A stretch of DNA of 26,921 bases, from assembly GCA_049425445.1 (NCBI GenBank), contig JBMSXH010000001.1:1-26921 (forward strand). The letters run 5' to 3'. Made by a program: the position numbers and the translations under genes. Shown here in pieces: positions 23,434-26,921 of the stretch. The notes under the pieces are model-generated. The model was not told where the DNA came from and made no database searches. It saw only the letters and a program-made list of their open reading frames with translations. Source of the stretch: Phycisphaerales bacterium (lineage in GTDB: Bacteria; Planctomycetota; Phycisphaerae; Phycisphaerales; SM1A02). Positions within the stretch are counted from its first letter, which is position 1. Every line of letters starts with the position of its first letter.

Positions 23434-25392
23434 ATGACCACCGCCGCCAACTCCAGCAACCTCGACCGCGAACTGCAGAAGCTCTCCGAGAAGGACCGCA
23501 AGCAGATCCAGCAGGCGCAGGAGATGCTCGGTCCCGATCCCGACTCGATGGGTCTGGTGAAGAACTACTTCTGGGGCCGCTTCCGCAAGGACCTGCTGCT
23601 GCCGCATCCCGAGCCCTCCGCCGAGGAGACCGCGCGCTGCGACCAGCTGCTCGCGGCCCTCGACACCTATCTCCGCGAGGAGCACCCGGCGATCGAGATC
23701 GATCAGAAGCAGGAGATTCCGCAGTCGGTGATCCAGCGGCTCTTCGATCTCGGCGTGCTCGGCATGACGATCCCGCGGGAGTTCGGCGGCGGCGGCTTCG
23801 GCATCACGAGCTACAACCGCGCCCTCGAGCGGATCGGCCGCAGCTGCGGATCGACCGCGGTGATCGTCTCGGCGCACCAGTCGATCGGCTGCAAGGCGGT
23901 CATGCTCTTCGGCAACGACGAGCAGAAGAAGCGCTACCTGCCCCGCATGGCGAAGGACACCTTGAGCGCCTTCTGCCTCTCCGAGCCCAACGTCGGCTGC
24001 GACGCCGGCGGGCAGGAGACCCGCTGCGAGCTCTCCGCCGACGGAACGCACTACATCCTCAACGGCGAGAAGAAGTGGGCGACGTCCGGCGCCCTGTCGG
24101 GCCTCTTCACCGTGATGGCGAAGCAGCGGATCAAGGATCCGAAGACCGGCAAGGAGAAGGACGCGGTCACCGCGCTCATCTGCACGCCCGACATGGAGGG
24201 CGTCGAGATCTTCAGCCGCAACCGGTCCAAGTGCGGCATCCGCGGCACCTGGCAGGCCCGCATCCGGCTGACCAACGTGAAGGTCCCCAAGGCGAACCTG
24301 CTCCACAAGGAGGGCAAGGGGCTCAACGTCGCGCTCACCTGCCTCAACTACGGCCGCTGCACGCTCTCGGCGGGCATGCTCGGCGGCGCGACCTACTCGC
24401 TCGAGCAGGCCGCCAAGTGGGCGCAGTACCGGCACCAGTTCGAGCGTCCGCTCGCGGAGTTCGGGCAGGTGCAGGAGAAGCTCGCGCGGATGGACGCCTA
24501 CGTCTACGCGATGGACGCGATGCTCTACCTGACCACCGCGTTCCTCGATCGCCACGACGAGGACATCATGCTCGAGACCGCGATGTGCAAGGTCTTCTGC
24601 TCGGAGATGGGCTACCGCACCGTCAACGACTGCCTGCAGATCATGGGCGGCGAGAGCTACATGACCGAGAACCACGTCGAGCGGATCTGGCGCGACAGCC
24701 GGATCAACACGATCGTGGAGGGCGCGAACGAGGTGATGCTCCAGTTCCTCTTCGGATACGGCTCGAAGCAGCTCGGCGAGTGGATGCTCGGCGTGAAGGC
24801 GAAGCCGTTCTCGAACCTCGGGGCGGCGATCTCGATCGCCTCGCAGCTCTTCCTCGGCATCCGTCCCGCGGCGCCCGAGGTCGGGCCGCTGCATCCGCGG
24901 CTCTCCCCGCACGGCCAGACGCTCGCGAACCTCATTCGCGAGTTCGCCCATCAGGTCCGCATGATGTTCAAGGAGCACGAGGAGAAGCTGGTGACGAACC
25001 AGCTGATCCAGTCGCGCCTTGCGATGGCGGCCCTGTGGATCCATGGCATCGCCTGTTCGCTCTCCAAGTGCGATCGGCACCTGCGGCAGGGTCTCGACGG
25101 CGAGGCACTCGCGCAGGAGATGATGCTGATGGACCACCTCGTCTCGCTCTTCGCCAACGAGGTTCGGATCGAGCTCGACGGTCTCCGCCAGCACGCCAAC
25201 CGCACCGTCGAGGCGGCGGCCAAGGGGCTGCTCAAGCGGGCGGAGGCGCTGCCCAACGGCCACTACTCGATGCCGGAGAAGAGCCCGAACCCCGTCGCGC
25301 GAGGCAAGGGTCGCGCGGTCGACGCCGGCAGCGTGCCGCAGTTCGGCGCCGGCTCGGTCTTCAGCGGCAAGCCCGTCGCCAGCGACGCGTGA
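23434..25392 (+). CDS. Acyl-CoA dehydrogenase, ACAD9/VLCAD-like with C-terminal extension, 652 aa
   Basis: AHQSIG, AFCLSEPNVGCDA, LNGEKKWAT, KCGIRG, LNYGR, QFERPLAEFGQVQEKL, QIMGGESY, RDSRINTIVEGANEV (catalytic Glu); GGAG SD. Confidence 0.96.
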   Translation: MTTAANSSNLDRELQKLSEKDRKQIQQAQEMLGPDPDSMGLVKNYFWGRFRKDLLLPHPEPSAEETARCDQLLAALDTYLREEHPAIEIDQKQEIPQSVIQRLFDLGVLGMTIPREFGGGGFGITSYNRALERIGRSCGSTAVIVSAHQSIGCKAVMLFGNDEQKKRYLPRMAKDTLSAFCLSEPNVGCDAGGQETRCELSADGTHYILNGEKKWATSGALSGLFTVMAKQRIKDPKTGKEKDAVTALICTPDMEGVEIFSRNRSKCGIRGTWQARIRLTNVKVPKANLLHKEGKGLNVALTCLNYGRCTLSAGMLGGATYSLEQAAKWAQYRHQFERPLAEFGQVQEKLARMDAYVYAMDAMLYLTTAFLDRHDEDIMLETAMCKVFCSEMGYRTVNDCLQIMGGESYMTENHVERIWRDSRINTIVEGANEVMLQFLFGYGSKQLGEWMLGVKAKPFSNLGAAISIASQLFLGIRPAAPEVGPLHPRLSPHGQTLANLIREFAHQVRMMFKEHEEKLVTNQLIQSRLAMAALWIHGIACSLSKCDRHLRQGLDGEALAQEMMLMDHLVSLFANEVRIELDGLRQHANRTVEAAAKGLLKRAEALPNGHYSMPEKSPNPVARGKGRAVDAGSVPQFGAGSVFSGKPVASDA

Positions 25393-25457
25393 CCGTCACG
25401 GCGCGAATCGATACCTTTCCCCGCTTCCATCCCGCAGCCCCAGATCAGGATCGACGC

Positions 25458-26516
25458 ATGGACCTCCTCAATCTGATGAAGACCCACGGACACGAACTCG
25501 TGGAGTTCCATCAGGATCCCGGAACCGGCCTGAAGGCGATCATCGCCGTCCACTCGACGGTGCTCGGCAACGCGCTCGGCGGCACGCGGCGATGGGCCTA
25601 CGCCTCGACCGACGAGGCGATCTTCGACGTGCTGCGGCTCTCCGAGGGCATGACCTACAAGGCCGCTGCGGCGGATCTGCCGATGGGCGGCGCGAAGAGC
25701 GTGATCGTGCTCGACAAGGCGGGCCAGCAGCCCACCGAGGCCGAGGGCCGCGCGATGGGACGCTTCGTCGAGACCTTCAAGGGCAAGTACATCGCCGCCG
25801 AGGACGTGGGCGTCAGTCCGCAGTTCTGCGATTGGATGGCGATGGAGACGAAGCACATCATGGGCGGCGAGAACGTCTCGACCGGCGGCGATCCGTCGCC
25901 GTGGACGGCGCAGGGCGTGTTCAACTCGATGAAGGCGTGCCTCGAGGCCGCCGGCGACGGCGACTTCACGGGGCTCACCATCGGCATCCAGGGCTGCGGC
26001 GCGACGGGCTTCAAGCTCGCGAAGCTCTGCCGCGAGGCGGGTGCCGCGGTGCTCGTCACCGACGTCCACGTGCCGAGCATGAAGCGCTGCGTCGAGGAGC
26101 TCGGATGCATGGCGGTCGGCAACGATCGCAACCTGTTCCACGAGGAGCTCGATGTCCTCGCGCCGTGCGCCCTGGGCGCGGTGATCGGTCCCGAGTCGAT
26201 TCCGAACCTTCGCTGCCGGATCATCTGCGGCACCGCGAACAACCAGCTCGTCGATCCGGTCCGCGACGGACGCGCCCTCAAGGAACGGGGCATCGTCTAC
26301 GCGCCCGACTTCGTGGCCAACGCGGGCGGTCTCATTCGCCTCGCGGGCCTCTACCTGGGCATGACCGAGTCGCAGATCGACGGCAAGGTCGCGGGCATCG
26401 AGCGGACCACCCACGAAGTGCTCAAGGAATCGCTCTCGGCGGCTTCGACCGCGGAGGCGGCGATCGCCTACGCCAAGCGCCGCATCGAGAAGAAGTCGCC
26501 CGTCGCGACGGCGTGA
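25458..26516 (+). CDS. Glu/Leu/Phe/Val dehydrogenase family, leucine-dehydrogenase-like, 352 aa
   Basis: GLKAIIAVHSTVLGNALGGTR, LRLSEGMTYK, GGAKSVI, AEDVG, GDPSPWTAQG, NAD-binding IQGCGATG, PCALG, ANNQL, YAPDFVANAGG. Confidence 0.95.
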   Translation: MDLLNLMKTHGHELVEFHQDPGTGLKAIIAVHSTVLGNALGGTRRWAYASTDEAIFDVLRLSEGMTYKAAAADLPMGGAKSVIVLDKAGQQPTEAEGRAMGRFVETFKGKYIAAEDVGVSPQFCDWMAMETKHIMGGENVSTGGDPSPWTAQGVFNSMKACLEAAGDGDFTGLTIGIQGCGATGFKLAKLCREAGAAVLVTDVHVPSMKRCVEELGCMAVGNDRNLFHEELDVLAPCALGAVIGPESIPNLRCRIICGTANNQLVDPVRDGRALKERGIVYAPDFVANAGGLIRLAGLYLGMTESQIDGKVAGIERTTHEVLKESLSAASTAEAAIAYAKRRIEKKSPVATA

Positions 26517-26550
26517 CGATGCGGTTCGTCGCGCCGGCGGAGTCGAGTTC

Positions 26551-26694
26551 GTGAGCGGCCCGTTCGGCTGGTCGCTTCCGTATCCGTCGCAGCGCGAGCC
26601 GGTGATCGGCCGCGAGATCGTCGCGACGAGCGTGCCGATCGCGGCGAGCGCGGGTCTCTCGATCCTGGCCAGAGGCGGCACCGCCGCCGACGCG
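26551..26694 (+). CDS. ggt: Gamma-glutamyltransferase family, N-terminal fragment (partial)
   Basis: From GTG 26551: SGPFGWSLPYPSQREPVIGREIVATSVPIAASAGLSILARGGTAADA, matching the GGT N-terminus (Y.S.R.PV....vVATSqPlAa.AGl..L..GG.A.DA). In-frame similarity stops at about 26694. Not listed in the ORF track. Confidence 0.8.
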
Positions 26695-26921
26695 GGGGGC
26701 GCGCCCCCTCGCGGTCTGGGCCCTGGAGTCCGGGTTCCGGGGGTTGATGCCCGGGCCCGCGCCCCGGGACATCGACTGGGAGGGGCTGCGTGGCCTCCGG
26801 CGGGAAATGCCGTTCCAGTTGGTCGACGGGCTCGCCGTGGCCGCTGCGCGCAGCGGGGGAGAACGCCCGGATCGCAGCCTCGCGTCGCAGCATCGTGGGG
26901 ACCGGGCCACCGCGCTCGCCA

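Noticed and set aside
22267-25263. Long antisense ORFs (22267..25263, 16917..19331, 5757..8189 and many Arg/Ala/Pro-rich ORFs in the track)
   Set aside because: Typical shadow frames of high-GC coding DNA; they lie opposite or out of frame with genes that have clear family motifs and show none themselves.
1-26921. CRISPR arrays, IS elements, phage genes, defence systems, rRNA
   Set aside because: No spaced direct repeats, terminal inverted repeats, or transposase, integrase, nuclease or capsid motifs found on either strand.

Overview
High-GC (about 70% by eye) bacterial DNA, gene-dense, with no mobile element, CRISPR array or rRNA detected. Gene style suggests Planctomycetota (Phycisphaerae-like); this is inference only. 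I support 24 protein-coding regions and one tRNA-Glu(CTC). In order: a NarL-type response regulator and GAF histidine kinase, divergent from an hsp20 / DUF892(YciF-like) / alpha-beta-hydrolase stress operon; a minus-strand run of Na/Pi cotransporter, STAS anti-anti-sigma, RsbW-like kinase and ThuA-domain protein; a Zn-ribbon membrane protein; a SAM methyltransferase; a probable dciA; an orphan ABC importer ATPase; an aldehyde dehydrogenase; tRNA-Glu; lgt and a GNAT; a TolC lipoprotein plus membrane-fusion protein with no pump; a 933-aa GH35-fold protein; and an enoyl-CoA hydratase / acyl-CoA dehydrogenase / Leu-type amino-acid dehydrogenase / ggt run. The best leads are: (1) the GH35 protein appears to have lost both catalytic glutamates; (2) all three stress-operon proteins deviate from family motifs, and two have gained Cys motifs; (3) several genes have TAnnnT exactly 6 nt before ATG, pointing to leaderless mRNAs; (4) a phosphate transporter is coupled to a partner-switching pair that has no phosphatase. 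Both ends of the window look like contig ends of doubtful quality. All family assignments come from motif recognition by eye; no database search was run.
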